This document shows positions 1 through 12,617 of a stretch of DNA of 64,000 nt, piece by piece (the first letter of the stretch is position 1; each line of letters starts with the position of its first letter). Location of the stretch: contig CAVZLN010000008.1 in assembly GCA_963776245.1 (NCBI GenBank), positions 96,001-160,000 of the forward strand, in the 5' to 3' direction. Both the position numbers and the translations under genes were made by a program. Below the pieces are notes generated by a model. That model ran no database searches, was not told the DNA's origin, and saw nothing but the letters and a program-made list of their open reading frames with translations. This DNA comes from Candidatus Eiseniibacteriota bacterium (GTDB taxonomy: Bacteria; Eisenbacteria; RBG-16-71-46).

Positions 1-205
1 GCCGCCCGGGGTGGATGGATCGGGTGGGCCTGTCCCCTCGCACGAGGGGTCGGGGCTGGGCCTCGTCGCGGCCCGGCGCTTCCTCGAGTCCGGCGGGTGC
101 GCCCTGACCTTCGCGCGTGCGCCGCACGGGGGCACGCTGTGCCGCATCACGCTACCCATCACCGCCTCGGAACCGGTCGCCAGGTCCGGGACGGTACGGG
201 CCTGA
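1..205 (+). CDS. Sensor histidine kinase, C-terminal HATPase fragment (5' end outside window)
   Basis: Frame open from base 2; GSGLGL G2-box and GGTLCRITLP terminal strand; 3 nt upstream of a response regulator. Confidence 0.7.
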   Translation, partial: PPGVDGSGGPVPSHEGSGLGLVAARRFLESGGCALTFARAPHGGTLCRITLPITASEPVARSGTVRA

Positions 206-208
206 GCC

Positions 209-1512
209 ATGCGCGTGCTGGCCGCAGACGATGAGCCCGCCGTCCTGGCGGCGCTGGTCGCCGTGCTCGAGGCGGAGCACGACGTGACCTCCTGTGCCGG
301 GGGCGCCGAGGCGCTGGCTGCGCTGCAAGCGGGGTCGTTCGACCTGGTGATCACCGATCTGCGCATGCCCGCGCCGGACGGCTTCGATCTCCTGAGGGCC
401 GCTGTGCAGCGGACACCCCCGCCCCCGGTGGTGATCCTGACCGCGGTCGATACGGCGCGCACCGCGATGGAGGCGCTGAGACTCGGGGCGTTCGACTACC
501 TGGTGAAGCCCGCCGAGCCGGCGGACATCCTCGCGGTGGTGTCGCGGGCCGGCGGGGGCGAGCGCGCCGGGTGCGACGATTACGGGCTCGTCGGGACATC
601 GGCCGCGATCCGCGACGTGCGCAGACTGATCCCCCTGCTTGCGGGCAGCGGCGAAGGGCTCCTCATCCTGGGCGAGACCGGGGTCGGCAAGGACCTGCTC
701 GCGCGCGTGCTCCACGAGCGTGGTCCGCGCTCGCAGGGTCCGTTCGTGGCCCACAACATGGCGGCGACGCCGTCGGAACTGACCGAGAGCGTCTTCTTCG
801 GCCACGTGCGCGGGGCCTTCAGCGGGGCCACGGCGGATCACCGCGGGCTGTTCGAGGAGGCGGATGGCGGCACGCTGTTCCTCGACGAGGTGGACAGCTT
901 CCCGCTCCACCTGCAGGCCAAGCTGCTGCGGGTGCTCGAGAGCGGCCGCTTCCAGCGCGTGGGCAGCTCGAGCGAACACCAGGTCGACGCGCGCGTGATG
1001 GCCGCGAGCGCCACGGATCTCGGCTCGCTGGTCGCCGGCAACGCCTTCCGGGCCGATCTCTACTACCGGCTGCGCCAGCTCGAGGTGGTCATGCCTCCCT
1101 TGCGGGAGCGCCGTGAGGACATTCCACTGCTCATCCGCCAGATGCTCGACGAGGTCTCCCGGGCCACCAGGAGGCCGGCGCGCATCTCACCGGCGGCCCT
1201 GGATGCCATGGTGCGCCACCCCTGGCCGGGCAATTGCCGCGAGCTTCGCAACGCCGTGCGCGGCGCGGCGCTGCTGGCGGCAGAGGGCATGATCCTCCCG
1301 TCCCACCTGCCCCGCGGGCTGCAGCCGATGGCCGCGCGGGGGCGCCCGGGTCACGCCCCACGGCGCTGGACGCGGTCGAGCGCGAGCACATCCGGCGGAT
1401 CCTCGAGCAGGTCGGAGGCAACCAGACGCTCGCCGCACGCCTGCTCGGCATCGACCGCGGCACTCTGGCGCGCAGGTTGAGGGAGCCGAGCCCGGCCGAA
1501 GACCCCCGCTGA
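209..1512 (+). CDS. NtrC-family sigma54-dependent response regulator (REC-AAA-HTH), frameshift near 1340-1355
   Basis: REC (ADDE, DLRMP, YLVKP), Walker [29 protein letters not shown]. Fis-type HTH ([31 protein letters not shown]) lies in the 1234..1512 frame. Confidence 0.92.
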
Positions 1513-1789
1513 GCCGCTGCCCCGGGCGCACATCGGCCCAGGGCCCTCCCCGGCTCGAGCCGCACGCGGCGCTTCGCCGCAAGGCGCGGCATTCCGCCGC
1601 GGGTCTGCGGTCCGCGTGGAATGCCGCGTCAGAGGCGCCTCGCCAGCATCGAGTGCCTCCGGTCGTCGGCTACTCCGCGGCGGAACGACGCACAGCGTGC
1701 GCGCGGCCGGCCCCCCACCGCGTCGGGAGCCTCCGGGAATCCCTCAGCCGTTCAACCGCTTGGGCGCACCCGGGCGAGGCCGCGACGCC

Positions 1790-1805
1790 GGGCACGCTCC
1801 ATGCG
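1790..1805 (+). promoter_or_regulatory. Putative sigma54 (-24/-12) promoter
   Basis: GGGCACGCTCCATGCG: GG(1791-92)-N10-GC(1803-04) with a GGCACG core, directly downstream of a sigma54 activator gene. Confidence 0.5.
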
Positions 1806-2025
1806 GAAGAGCGGCCGAGGCGGAAGCCGACGAAGCGGCCCGGCAGAGTCCGGGCCCTGAGCTGCGACCGGATGGGGGAAGCCGCATGGGGGCACTCGCG
1901 CCGCAGATGTGACCACCACGACCAACTCCGATGCCGCCCTCCCCCGGCGGGATCCATCACCGACGCGCACGGTGCCACCACCGAACGCGTCCAGCGCATC
2001 TCGAAGGCCAACAATGGAGGCCAAC

Positions 2026-2502
2026 ATGAATCGGCAGCGTGCCCTTCCGCTCTTCGCGTTCGCGTTCCTCTGCACCCTGGCAGCCCCTGTGTGGGCCGAC
2101 GGCATCACCATCCAGGGCGGAAAGCAGGCGCCCTCAGGCGAGTACATCATCGAAGGCTCCGCAGTGCAGACGGTCTGCGTGACCCCGGCTGCCGCCGGCG
2201 TGACGATCAGTGCGACGGCGAATGAGCCCGGCTGCATCACGGTGGCCCCGGCAACCGCTGTGACCGGGGTGGATGGATGCGCCAGTTTCACCGTCAGCTG
2301 CGCGACCAATAGCTGCATCGGAACGGTCACCTACTCGGCCCCCGGCTATCCCAGCACGGTCGGAAGGTACCGTTGCGACTCGGGAGGCACTCCCAATGAC
2401 GTCCCGATGACGGGCACCTGGGGCCTCCTCGGGATGGTGTTGCTGCTGCTGGGTGGCAGCATGTGGATCCTCCGCTCGCGGGCGAGGACCGAAGGTCTCT
2501 AG
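2026..2502 (+). CDS. Small exported Cys-rich Ig-like protein with IPTL-CTERM-like anchor
   Basis: RBS GGAGG at 2016-2020; signal peptide MNRQRALPLFAFAFLCTLAAPVWA; C-terminus DVPMTGTWGLLGMVLLLLGGSMWILRSR (motif, TM helix, basic tail). Confidence 0.75.
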   Translation: MNRQRALPLFAFAFLCTLAAPVWADGITIQGGKQAPSGEYIIEGSAVQTVCVTPAAAGVTISATANEPGCITVAPATAVTGVDGCASFTVSCATNSCIGTVTYSAPGYPSTVGRYRCDSGGTPNDVPMTGTWGLLGMVLLLLGGSMWILRSRARTEGL

Positions 2503-2525
2503 TCCCGATAGGCTTTGAAGGCGAC

Positions 2526-2637
2526 GAGGGCGGCGCGGTCGTCAGATCGCGCCGCCTTCGCCGTTCTCGAGCCCGGAGGCTCGCATCGAGCCGGTCTGCG
2601 CGGCCGGCGGCCACCCCTCGCCGAGGTGGCCGCCGGC
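2526..2637. terminator. Two strong intergenic hairpins (2526-2559, 2603-2637)
   Basis: GAGGGCGGCGCGGTC-GTCA-GATCGCGCCGCCTTC and a perfect 13-bp stem GCCGGCGGCCACC/GGTGGCCGCCGGC; no clear U-tract. Confidence 0.45.
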
Positions 2638-2806
2638 TGTCGAAGTCTGCGGTGAACCGGGCGCCGATACGCCGAGCGGATGGCCGTCCAGGCCCGCAAC
2701 CAGTGCTCGCATCCGGCGCGACATATCGCTACTCTCCTTCCCGTAAGCGATCGCATGATCACCTGAATCCACCCGCAGGGCCCTGTGCCCGGAGGAGACG
2801 AGAACG

Positions 2807-4816
2807 TTGAAGGAGATCCGCGCCTGGACGATCCGGGATTCGGCCGCGCTGTACAACGTCGCCGGCTGGTCCGGGGGCTTCTTCCGCATCAATGACGCCG
2901 GCCATGTCGAGGTGACCCCCGCGGGGCCCGACGGCACCCGCGTCGACCTGCACGACCTCATCCTCGACCTCCAGCGCCGCGGCCTCGACATGCCGCTGCT
3001 GATGCGCTTCTCGGACATCCTCCACAGCCGCGTGCGCGATCTGTTCGGCGCCTTCGAGAACGCGATCAAGGAATACGGCTACCGCGCCCGCTACCGCGGC
3101 GTGTTCCCGATCAAGGTCAACCAGCAGCACCAGGTGGTCGAGGAACTGGTGCGCTTCGGCCGCCCGTACGGGCTGGGCCTCGAGGCCGGCTCCAAGCCCG
3201 AGCTGCTCGCCGGGCTGGCGCTGCTCGACAACCCCGACGCGCTGCTGCTGCTGAACGGCTACAAGGACATCGAGTACATGGAGACCGCGCTGCTGGCGCA
3301 GAAGCTGGGGCGCTACCCGATCGTGGTCATCGACCGCTTCCGCGAGCTCGACCTGCTGCTCGGCGTGGCGCGCCGGCTCGGCATCCGCCCGCACATCGGG
3401 GTGCGCGCCAAGCTCACCACCAAGGGCGCCGGCAAGTGGATGGAGTCCACCGGCGACCGCTCCAAGTTCGGCCTCACCGCCACCGAGATGGTGATGCTGG
3501 TGGACAAGCTGCGCGAGGAGCAGATGCTCGACTGTCTCGAGCTCGTGCACTTCCACATCGGCTCGCAGATCTCGGCGGTGCGCGCGATCAAGGACGCCAT
3601 GAAGGAGGCCTCGCGCGTCTACGTCGAGCTGGCGAAGGCCGGCGCCGGCCTGCGCTTCCTCGACGCCGGCGGCGGGCTCGGGGTGGACTACGACGGCTCG
3701 TCCACCAACTGGCACTCCTCGACCAACTACACCATGCAGGAATACGCCAACGACGTGGTCGCCTCGATCCAGGAGGCGTGCGAGACCGCCGGGATCGACC
3801 ATCCCGACATCATCACCGAGTCCGGCCGCGCGCTGGTCGCGCACCACTCGGTGCTGGTGTTCAACATCCTCGACGTGAACGAGGTGCTGGTCGGCCAGGC
3901 GCCGCCGCGAGTGGACAAGAAGGAGCACGCGGTCATCCAGCAGCTGGTCGAGACCTGGCGCGGGGTCTCGCGCAAGAACTTCCAGGAGTCCTATCACGAC
4001 GCCCTCCAGCTCAAGGAGGAGGCGACCAGCCTGTTCAACCTCGGCCTGCTCGACCTGCGGGGCCGCGCGCGCGTGGAGCAGCTGTTCTGGGGCTGCTGCG
4101 AGGCGATCCTGAAGATCATCCGCGAGCTCGACTACGTGCCCGACGACCTCGAGGGGCTCGAGAAGGGCCTCGCCGACACCTACTACGGCAACTTCTCGGT
4201 GTTCCAGTCGGTGCCCGATCACTGGGCGGTGAAGCAGCTCTTCCCCACCATGCCGCTGCACCGTCTCGGCGAGCGCCCGACGCGCCGCGCCGTGATCGCC
4301 GACCTGACCTGCGACTCGGACGGCAAGATGGACCAGTTCATCGACCTGCGCGACGTGAAGAACGCGCTCGAGCTGCACACCTTCGACGGCAAGCCGTACT
4401 ACCTCGGCGTCTTCCTGGTGGGCGCGTACCAGGAGATCCTCGGCGACCTGCACAACCTGTTCGGGGACACCAACGCGGTGCACATCGCGATCGACGAGAC
4501 CGGCTACCGCATCGACCACGTGGTCGAGGGCGACTCGGTCACCGAGGTGCTGGGCTACGTGCAGTACCAGAAGCCCTACCTGATGCAGCGCATGCGACAG
4601 GCGAACGAGGAGGCGCTGCGGCGCGGGCTGCTCACGTTCGAGGAGTCGGCACTGCTCATGAAGCGTTACGACGACGGGCTGGCGGGCTACACCTACCTCG
4701 AGGAGGAGGAGCCCACGCTGCGGCTCGCCAACGGCGCCGCGGGCCTGACGGCGGTGTCGTCGCAGTTCCACCCGGTCGAGCACCCCGAGCCCCAGGGCGC
4801 GGTGGACGCGAAGTAG
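2807..4816 (+). CDS. speA: Biosynthetic arginine decarboxylase
   Basis: FPIKVNQ PLP-lysine motif, GLEAGSKPEL, HFHIGSQI, DLTCDSDG, GAYQEILGDLHNLFGD; TTG start after GGAGGAG. Confidence 0.97.
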   Translation: MKEIRAWTIRDSAALYNVAGWSGGFFRINDAGHVEVTPAGPDGTRVDLHDLILDLQRRGLDMPLLMRFSDILHSRVRDLFGAFENAIKEYGYRARYRGVFPIKVNQQHQVVEELVRFGRPYGLGLEAGSKPELLAGLALLDNPDALLLLNGYKDIEYMETALLAQKLGRYPIVVIDRFRELDLLLGVARRLGIRPHIGVRAKLTTKGAGKWMESTGDRSKFGLTATEMVMLVDKLREEQMLDCLELVHFHIGSQISAVRAIKDAMKEASRVYVELAKAGAGLRFLDAGGGLGVDYDGSSTNWHSSTNYTMQEYANDVVASIQEACETAGIDHPDIITESGRALVAHHSVLVFNILDVNEVLVGQAPPRVDKKEHAVIQQLVETWRGVSRKNFQESYHDALQLKEEATSLFNLGLLDLRGRARVEQLFWGCCEAILKIIRELDYVPDDLEGLEKGLADTYYGNFSVFQSVPDHWAVKQLFPTMPLHRLGERPTRRAVIADLTCDSDGKMDQFIDLRDVKNALELHTFDGKPYYLGVFLVGAYQEILGDLHNLFGDTNAVHIAIDETGYRIDHVVEGDSVTEVLGYVQYQKPYLMQRMRQANEEALRRGLLTFEESALLMKRYDDGLAGYTYLEEEEPTLRLANGAAGLTAVSSQFHPVEHPEPQGAVDAK

Positions 4817-4842
4817 CGCGGGGCGCTCGCGGGGTCGACGGG

Positions 4843-6691
4843 CTACCGCGCCAGCACGCCGCCCACGATCAACAGCGCCACCACCACGCCCATCAGGCTC
4901 TCGCCGGCGATCAGCCCGCTGCTGACCGGCACCACGTAGCGCCGGGCGAACGCCGGGCTACGGCGCTGCATCCCCCACGCGATCAGCGCGCCCGCGAACA
5001 TGGCGATGGCGTTGCTGCCGGGGATCACCATCGCGATCCCGAGGCCCGAGGGCGACGGCACGAGGGACTTCAGCCGCGCCGGGGCGATGCGCTCGAGCAC
5101 CGCGAGCGCCACCCCCAGCAGCAGGCCCGCGGCCATGCCGGCGCGGGCCAGCGCGTCGAGCCCGCCCACGCCGCCGGCGAACGCCTTCGACACGCCCGCC
5201 CACACCAGGCACGAGGGCGCGGGCCACGCATCGGTGCCGAGCACCGACGGGTCGGGGATGAGCACGTTGAACGCCGGCACCACGATGGCGGCGCCCGCGA
5301 GCACGCCGAACAGCTGGGCGTAGAACTGCACGCGCGGGCTCGCCCCCAGCAGCCAGCCGGTCTTGAGCGTGGTGAGCAGATCGGCCGCGTGCAGTCCGAT
5401 CCCGCCGGTGACGTTCGCGCTCATGATGTTGCCCGACAGGTTGCCGGGCGTCATGACGCCGTACAGCAGCTGGGTGACCGGCCCGAGCGCCTTGGTGGGC
5501 GTCACGTCGGTCTCGCCGGTCACGCGGGCCGCGACGAATCCCATCACCACCGCGAGCGGCACCGCGACCAGGCCGGCCCACCACGGGATCTGGAACAGCC
5601 AGGTCATGAGCACCACCACCAGCGGGCCGAGCACCACGAAGCCGGCCGGGAACCACCAGCCCGGGCATTCGACCGCGTCCATCGGGTCCGCGGCGGTGGC
5701 GGCGCCACGCGAGAACATCCGGCCCAGTCCCGAGAACGAGCGCGCCACGCTCTTCCAGTCGAGCGCGAACGAGGTGAGCCCGGAGGCCACCAGGATCGCC
5801 GCGCCCGGCCACACGGTCCAGCCGACGATGGCCCGGTAGCTCACGCTCGCGACCACCCCCTTCGCCACCAGCGCCGGCGCGAGCACGCCGTACGTGAGCA
5901 GCCCGCCGAGCAGCAGCGACCACGCGGTGCGGAAGCTCATGAGCGCTCCCGCGCCGAGCAGCACCACCTCGGTCTTGAGCGCCAGCGTCCAGTCGGCGGC
6001 GGGCCGGCCCGCGATCGTGAACGGCAGCGGGAACGGCGCCCGGCAGGTTCGGATACGGGATCCACGCGGCCCTGGCATCGCGCAGCCAGGCGAGCGCCGC
6101 CGCGAACAGCGCGCCGAGCCCCAGCGCGCGGGCCTGCTTCGCGCCCTCGCCGGCGCCCGCCTCGCCCTCCTCGCCGTGGATGGCGCGCAGGGTCTCGGCG
6201 GTGGCCTTGCCGGTCGGGAACGGCAGCCCCTCCTGGTTCACGAGCTGGCGCTTGATCGGGATCGCGGTGAACACGCCGAGCGCGGCGATCGCGCCGAACC
6301 ACGCGATCATCGGCACCTGGGGCGGCCGCACCGTGGTCACCATCAGGAGCGCGCCGAAGGCGGCCATGTTGCCGCCGCCGGTCATGAACCCGGCGCCCGA
6401 GGCCACCGTGGTGAGCGCGTTGTTCTCGAGCGCGGTGAGCGGGGTGCGCGTCAGCCGCAGCGCGGCGAACAGGCGGAAGAGCGCGAACGCCAGGATGGCC
6501 GCGGTGATGGTCACGCCCATCGACCAGCCGGTCTTGAAGAAGACATACAGATTCGACAGGCACATCACGGCGCCGATGGCCATGCCGGTGAGCACCGCGC
6601 GCACCGTGAGCTGGGGCGTGTTCGGACGGTAGGTATGGGCCAGCCACTCGCGCTCGGTGTCCGGCGGGGTCGCGGCGCTCGGATCGGTCAT
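4843..6691 (-). CDS. OPT-family oligopeptide transporter (frameshift near 6040)
   Basis: QLTVRAV, LENN, LPFPTGKATA in the N-terminal frame; GETDVTP, DLLTTLKTG, SGLIAGESL in the C-terminal frame; multi-TM. Confidence 0.92.
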
Positions 6692-6729
6692 GCGAGCCTC
6701 GGGGTCGGTCGATGGCTTCGGGTGACGGG

Positions 6730-8844
<2,115 letters not shown>

Positions 8845-9017
8845 GGGTGCGGCCTCCTGGCTGAGGATGCGGCGGGCGGCGGGCGCAGCCGGCAGGGGGG
8901 CGGCCGCGGCGCACGGTACCAGAGCCCGGGAGGTGGGCGCTCGCGCCGGAACCGGTCGCCGGACGGACGCGGATGAGGAGCGACGGACGCGGGAGTCGCG
9001 CCGCGGGGCCCGCGCGC

Positions 9018-9467
9018 TCAGCCCGGCGGGTGAGCCCTCGAGGTGCCGAAGCGCTGGCGCAGCGCGGAGGTCTCGAGCAGCGCCGCGCCGATCAGCGCGA
9101 GCCCGGCGACCCCGCCGAGGATCGCCGCCATGCGTTCCCACGGCTGCCCCGCGGCCCGGCGCTCGGCCAGCGCGATCAGCAGGGTGCGCACCCATTCCGC
9201 CGCCGCCAGCGCCAGCGCGGCCTGGAGCGTGCGCGCCGCCCACGCCCGGCGCACCCACAGCAGAGCCAGCAGCGCGAGGCTCGGCGCCACCAGCAGGAGC
9301 TGGCCGTGGAACAGGAAGTGGGCGCCCAGCACCAGCGCGCTCAGGCCCGCGGGGAGCAGGAGCAGGGCGATGCGCGTCCCGGAGGTGGCGCGCGCTTCGA
9401 GGTCTGGTCGGTGGGGCGCCTCCCCGCGGACGAAGTCACGCGCGGGGCGTGGCGGTGGCGTGCTCAT
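9018..9467 (-). CDS. Small hypothetical membrane protein (about 4 TM)
   Basis: Hydrophobic segments LSALVLGAHF..., EWVRTL..., PWERMAAILGGV. Confidence 0.7.
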   Translation of the reverse strand: MSTPPPRPARDFVRGEAPHRPDLEARATSGTRIALLLLPAGLSALVLGAHFLFHGQLLLVAPSLALLALLWVRRAWAARTLQAALALAAAEWVRTLLIALAERRAAGQPWERMAAILGGVAGLALIGAALLETSALRQRFGTSRAHPPG

Positions 9468-9486
9468 GCGGGCGGGATGGCCGCGA

Positions 9487-9684
9487 TCAGAGCTTCGGGT
9501 CGTCGTCCGCCGGCTCGGGTGGCCCATCGAAGGGCTCGAGCAGATCGATCGGATCGGGCTCGAACGTCCCGTCGGCCTTGGCTTGCTTGCGCGCCTTGCG
9601 CACCTCGCGCTTCTCGACCGCGCGGGCCTGGCGCTGCTGCTCCTTCTGACGCTTGAGGAATGACGGTCGCTTGTTCCCTGCCAG
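9487..9684 (-). CDS. Small 65-aa protein, basic N-half and acidic C-half, probable CTG start
   Basis: GAGGAG-N6-CTG GCA GGG AAC AAG; xAGNKRPSFLKRQKEQQRQARAVEKREVRKARK...DDDPKL with coding-like codon usage. Confidence 0.65.
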   Translation of the reverse strand: MAGNKRPSFLKRQKEQQRQARAVEKREVRKARKQAKADGTFEPDPIDLLEPFDGPPEPADDDPKL

Positions 9685-9969
9685 GTGAGGCTCCTCTCGC
9701 ACGCTCCGAGGCGGTGAGCGCGGGTCATGGCCGATCCGACGCTTCGATAGGGCTGCACTATCGCAGACTCGGGCGCGCGAAGCACGCGCGCTCGCCGCCC
9801 CGCTGGCCGGCCAACGCCTCGCCCCGCGTCCCCGGCGGTGGGAGTGCCGCCGCAGCGAAGGGGCGATCGGCGTCCAATCGGTGGCCGGACAATCGCATGC
9901 GGCGGGCGCCCCACGGCCCGCCGGGGCCGGCGTTGGCGGCGTCGTCGCCGAGGAGTACGGTGGGCCTCG

Positions 9970-11448
9970 ATGAACGTGCTCCTGCTGTACCCGCGGTTCC
10001 CCGACACCTTCTGGGGCTTCCAGCACGCGCTGAAGTTCGTGAGGCGGAAAGCGGCGCTGCCGCCGCTCGGGCTGATCACGGTCGCGGCGATGCTGCCCCC
10101 CGCGTGGCGGCTGAAGCTGGTGGACACCAACGTGCGCCCGCTGACCGGGCCGGACCTGGCGTGGGCGGACATGGTGTTCGTGAGCGCGATGATCGCGCAG
10201 CGCGCGTCGGCCCATGCGCTCATCGACCGTTGCCATGCGGCAGGCAGGACCGTGGTGGCGGGCGGGCCGTTGTTCAAGTCGGAGCAGGCGAACTATCCCG
10301 GAGTGGACCACTTCGTGCTCGACGAGGCCGAAGTGACCCTGCCCGGTTTCCTGCGCGATCTCGAGCGGGGCCTCGCGCGCCGGGTGTACACCGCGACCGA
10401 GTTCGCCGACCTGGCGGAGACGCCGGCCCCGCGGTGGGACCTGCTGCGACTGCGCGACTACCACTCGATGAGCGTGCAGTACTCGCGCGGCTGCCCGTTC
10501 GACTGCGAGTTCTGCGACATCACCGCGATGTTCGGCCACCGGCCGCGGACCAAGCGGCCGGCGCAGATCCTCGCCGAGCTGGACGCGCTGTACGCGCGGG
10601 GATGGCGCGGCTCGGTGTTCTTCGTGGACGACAACTTCATCGGCAACCCGCGCGATCTGAGGTCCGGGCTGCTGCCGGCGCTCACCGCGTGGCGGCGGCG
10701 CAGCCCCGGCGTGCCGTTCTACACCGAGGCCTCGATCAACCTGGCCCGCGACGAGGCGCTCACCCGGGCGATGGTCGAGGCCGGGTTCGGGACGGTGTTC
10801 ATCGGCATCGAGACGCCCGACGACTCCAGTCTCGCGGAGTGCGGCAAGCGCCAGAACCTCGGCCGCGACCTGGTCGCCGACGTGAAGCGCCTGCAGCGCG
10901 CCGGACTCCAGGTGCAGGGCGGATTCATCGTCGGTTTCGACAGCGACACGCCCTCGATCTTCCAGCGCCAGGTGGACTTCATCCAGCGCAGCGGCATCAT
11001 CACCGCCATGGTCGGGATGCTGATCGCGCTCCCCGGCACCCGCTTGCATGTCCGGCTCGCGGGCGAGGGCCGGCTGCTCGGGGAGAGCACCGGCGACAAC
11101 TCGGACGGCACCACGAACTTCGCGCCCCGCATGGGGCTCGACGCGCTGCGGGAGGGATACCGCCGCCTGCTGAACCAGATCTACGCGCCGGGACCGTACT
11201 ACCGGCGGGTCCGGACGTTCCTGCGCGAGTACCGCGCGCCTCGGATCGAGGTGGCGCCGAGCTGGCGTCACGGGCTCGCACTGCTCTACGCGAGCGTGCG
11301 CCTGGGCGTCATCGGCCGCGAGCGCCTGCAGTTCTGGGGGCTCCTCGGGTGGACGCTGGCGCGCCGCCCCGCGCAGTTCGGAAGCGCGGTCACGTTCGCG
11401 ATCTACGGGCACCATTTCCGCAAGGTGTGCGGGGCGATGCGCGCCTGA
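9970..11448 (+). CDS. B12-binding radical SAM protein (DUF4070-type C-terminus)
   Basis: PPLGLITVAA cobalamin-binding region; SRGCPFDCEFC; FVDDNFIG; FIGIET. Confidence 0.93.
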   Translation: MNVLLLYPRFPDTFWGFQHALKFVRRKAALPPLGLITVAAMLPPAWRLKLVDTNVRPLTGPDLAWADMVFVSAMIAQRASAHALIDRCHAAGRTVVAGGPLFKSEQANYPGVDHFVLDEAEVTLPGFLRDLERGLARRVYTATEFADLAETPAPRWDLLRLRDYHSMSVQYSRGCPFDCEFCDITAMFGHRPRTKRPAQILAELDALYARGWRGSVFFVDDNFIGNPRDLRSGLLPALTAWRRRSPGVPFYTEASINLARDEALTRAMVEAGFGTVFIGIETPDDSSLAECGKRQNLGRDLVADVKRLQRAGLQVQGGFIVGFDSDTPSIFQRQVDFIQRSGIITAMVGMLIALPGTRLHVRLAGEGRLLGESTGDNSDGTTNFAPRMGLDALREGYRRLLNQIYAPGPYYRRVRTFLREYRAPRIEVAPSWRHGLALLYASVRLGVIGRERLQFWGLLGWTLARRPAQFGSAVTFAIYGHHFRKVCGAMRA

Positions 11449-11458
11449 CCGCCGGTGG

Positions 11459-12394
11459 TCAGGGCTTGGCGGCGGGCGGCGCCCCGGGGCCGCCGGCGCG
11501 GTCCAGCGCCACGTCCTCCCACGACGCCGGATCGTCGAGCGGTTCCAGGTGAGTGAGCATCGAGACCTGCGGGATGGCGGCGCGGATGTCGGCCTCGATG
11601 CGCTCGAGCAGCGCGTGCCCGTCGTGCACGGTCCACGCGCCGGGCACCAGCACGTGGAGCGAGACGAAGCGCCGCGCCCCCGCCTGACGCGTGCGCAGCG
11701 CGTGGAACTCGATGCCCTGGGCCTGGTACATCCCCAGCGCGCGGTCGACCGCCGCCCGCTCGTCGGGGGCCATCGCGGTGTCCATCAGCCCGAGCACCGA
11801 CTTGCGCACGATGCCGACGCCGGTCCACACGATGTTGCCCGCCACCACCAGCGCCACCACCGGATCGAGCCACTGCCAGCGCGTGACCGCCACCAGGCCC
11901 ACGCCGACCACCACCCCGACCGAGGTCCACACGTCGGTGAGCAGATGGTGCGCGTTGGCCTCGAGCGTGATCGAATCGTGGCGCCGCGAGGCGCGCAGGA
12001 TGACGAGCGCGACGGCGAGGTTCACGAGCGAGGCCCCGACCGAGATGGCGAGGCCCATGCCGATCTGCTCGAGCGGCCGCGGATGGATCAGCCGGGACAC
12101 CGCGGCCACTCCGATGCTCGCCGCCGCGACCAGGATGAGTGTGCCCTCTACGCCGCTCGAGAAGTACTCCGCCTTGCCGTGACCGTGCGGGTGGTCCTCG
12201 TCGGCCGGCCGCGCCGCGACCGTGAGCATGCCCAGGGCCATCATCGCCCCGGCCAGGTTCACGAGCGACTCGAGCGCGTCGGAGAGCAGCCCGACCGAGT
12301 CGGTCACCAGGTAGGCGGTGGTCTTGAGGCCGATGGTGGCGACCGCCGCGACGATCGAGAGCCAGGCGAAGCGCGTGAGAGTCGAGCGTTCCAT
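11459..12394 (-). CDS. Cation diffusion facilitator (FieF-like) transporter
   Basis: SVGLLSDALES, HPHGHGKAEY, HLLTDVWTS, C-terminal THLEP dimerisation domain. Confidence 0.93.
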   Translation of the reverse strand: MERSTLTRFAWLSIVAAVATIGLKTTAYLVTDSVGLLSDALESLVNLAGAMMALGMLTVAARPADEDHPHGHGKAEYFSSGVEGTLILVAAASIGVAAVSRLIHPRPLEQIGMGLAISVGASLVNLAVALVILRASRRHDSITLEANAHHLLTDVWTSVGVVVGVGLVAVTRWQWLDPVVALVVAGNIVWTGVGIVRKSVLGLMDTAMAPDERAAVDRALGMYQAQGIEFHALRTRQAGARRFVSLHVLVPGAWTVHDGHALLERIEADIRAAIPQVSMLTHLEPLDDPASWEDVALDRAGGPGAPPAAKP

Positions 12395-12617
12395 GGGATC
12401 CAGGGGTGCGAAGAGGGCGTGACGCGGGGGGCGCGTCGAAAGCCGGGGCATCTTAGGGCGTCCGCGCGCGCGTGGCGAGTCGCGCGCGGGGTCCGCGCCG
12501 TGACCCCGGCATCCTACACCGGCGCGGCTCAAGCGCGAGGGGCGACGGGCCGATACCCACCCTGTCGCCGACCCCTCGGAGACACCCAGGCGCAGCACGC
12601 GCCAGCGAGAGTGCTCC

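Noticed and set aside
1806..1875. SAM-I or c-di-GMP-II riboswitch-like text (AGAGCGGCCGAGG...GACGAAG)
   Set aside because: The required P2 pairing, GCAACC element and pseudoknot are absent.
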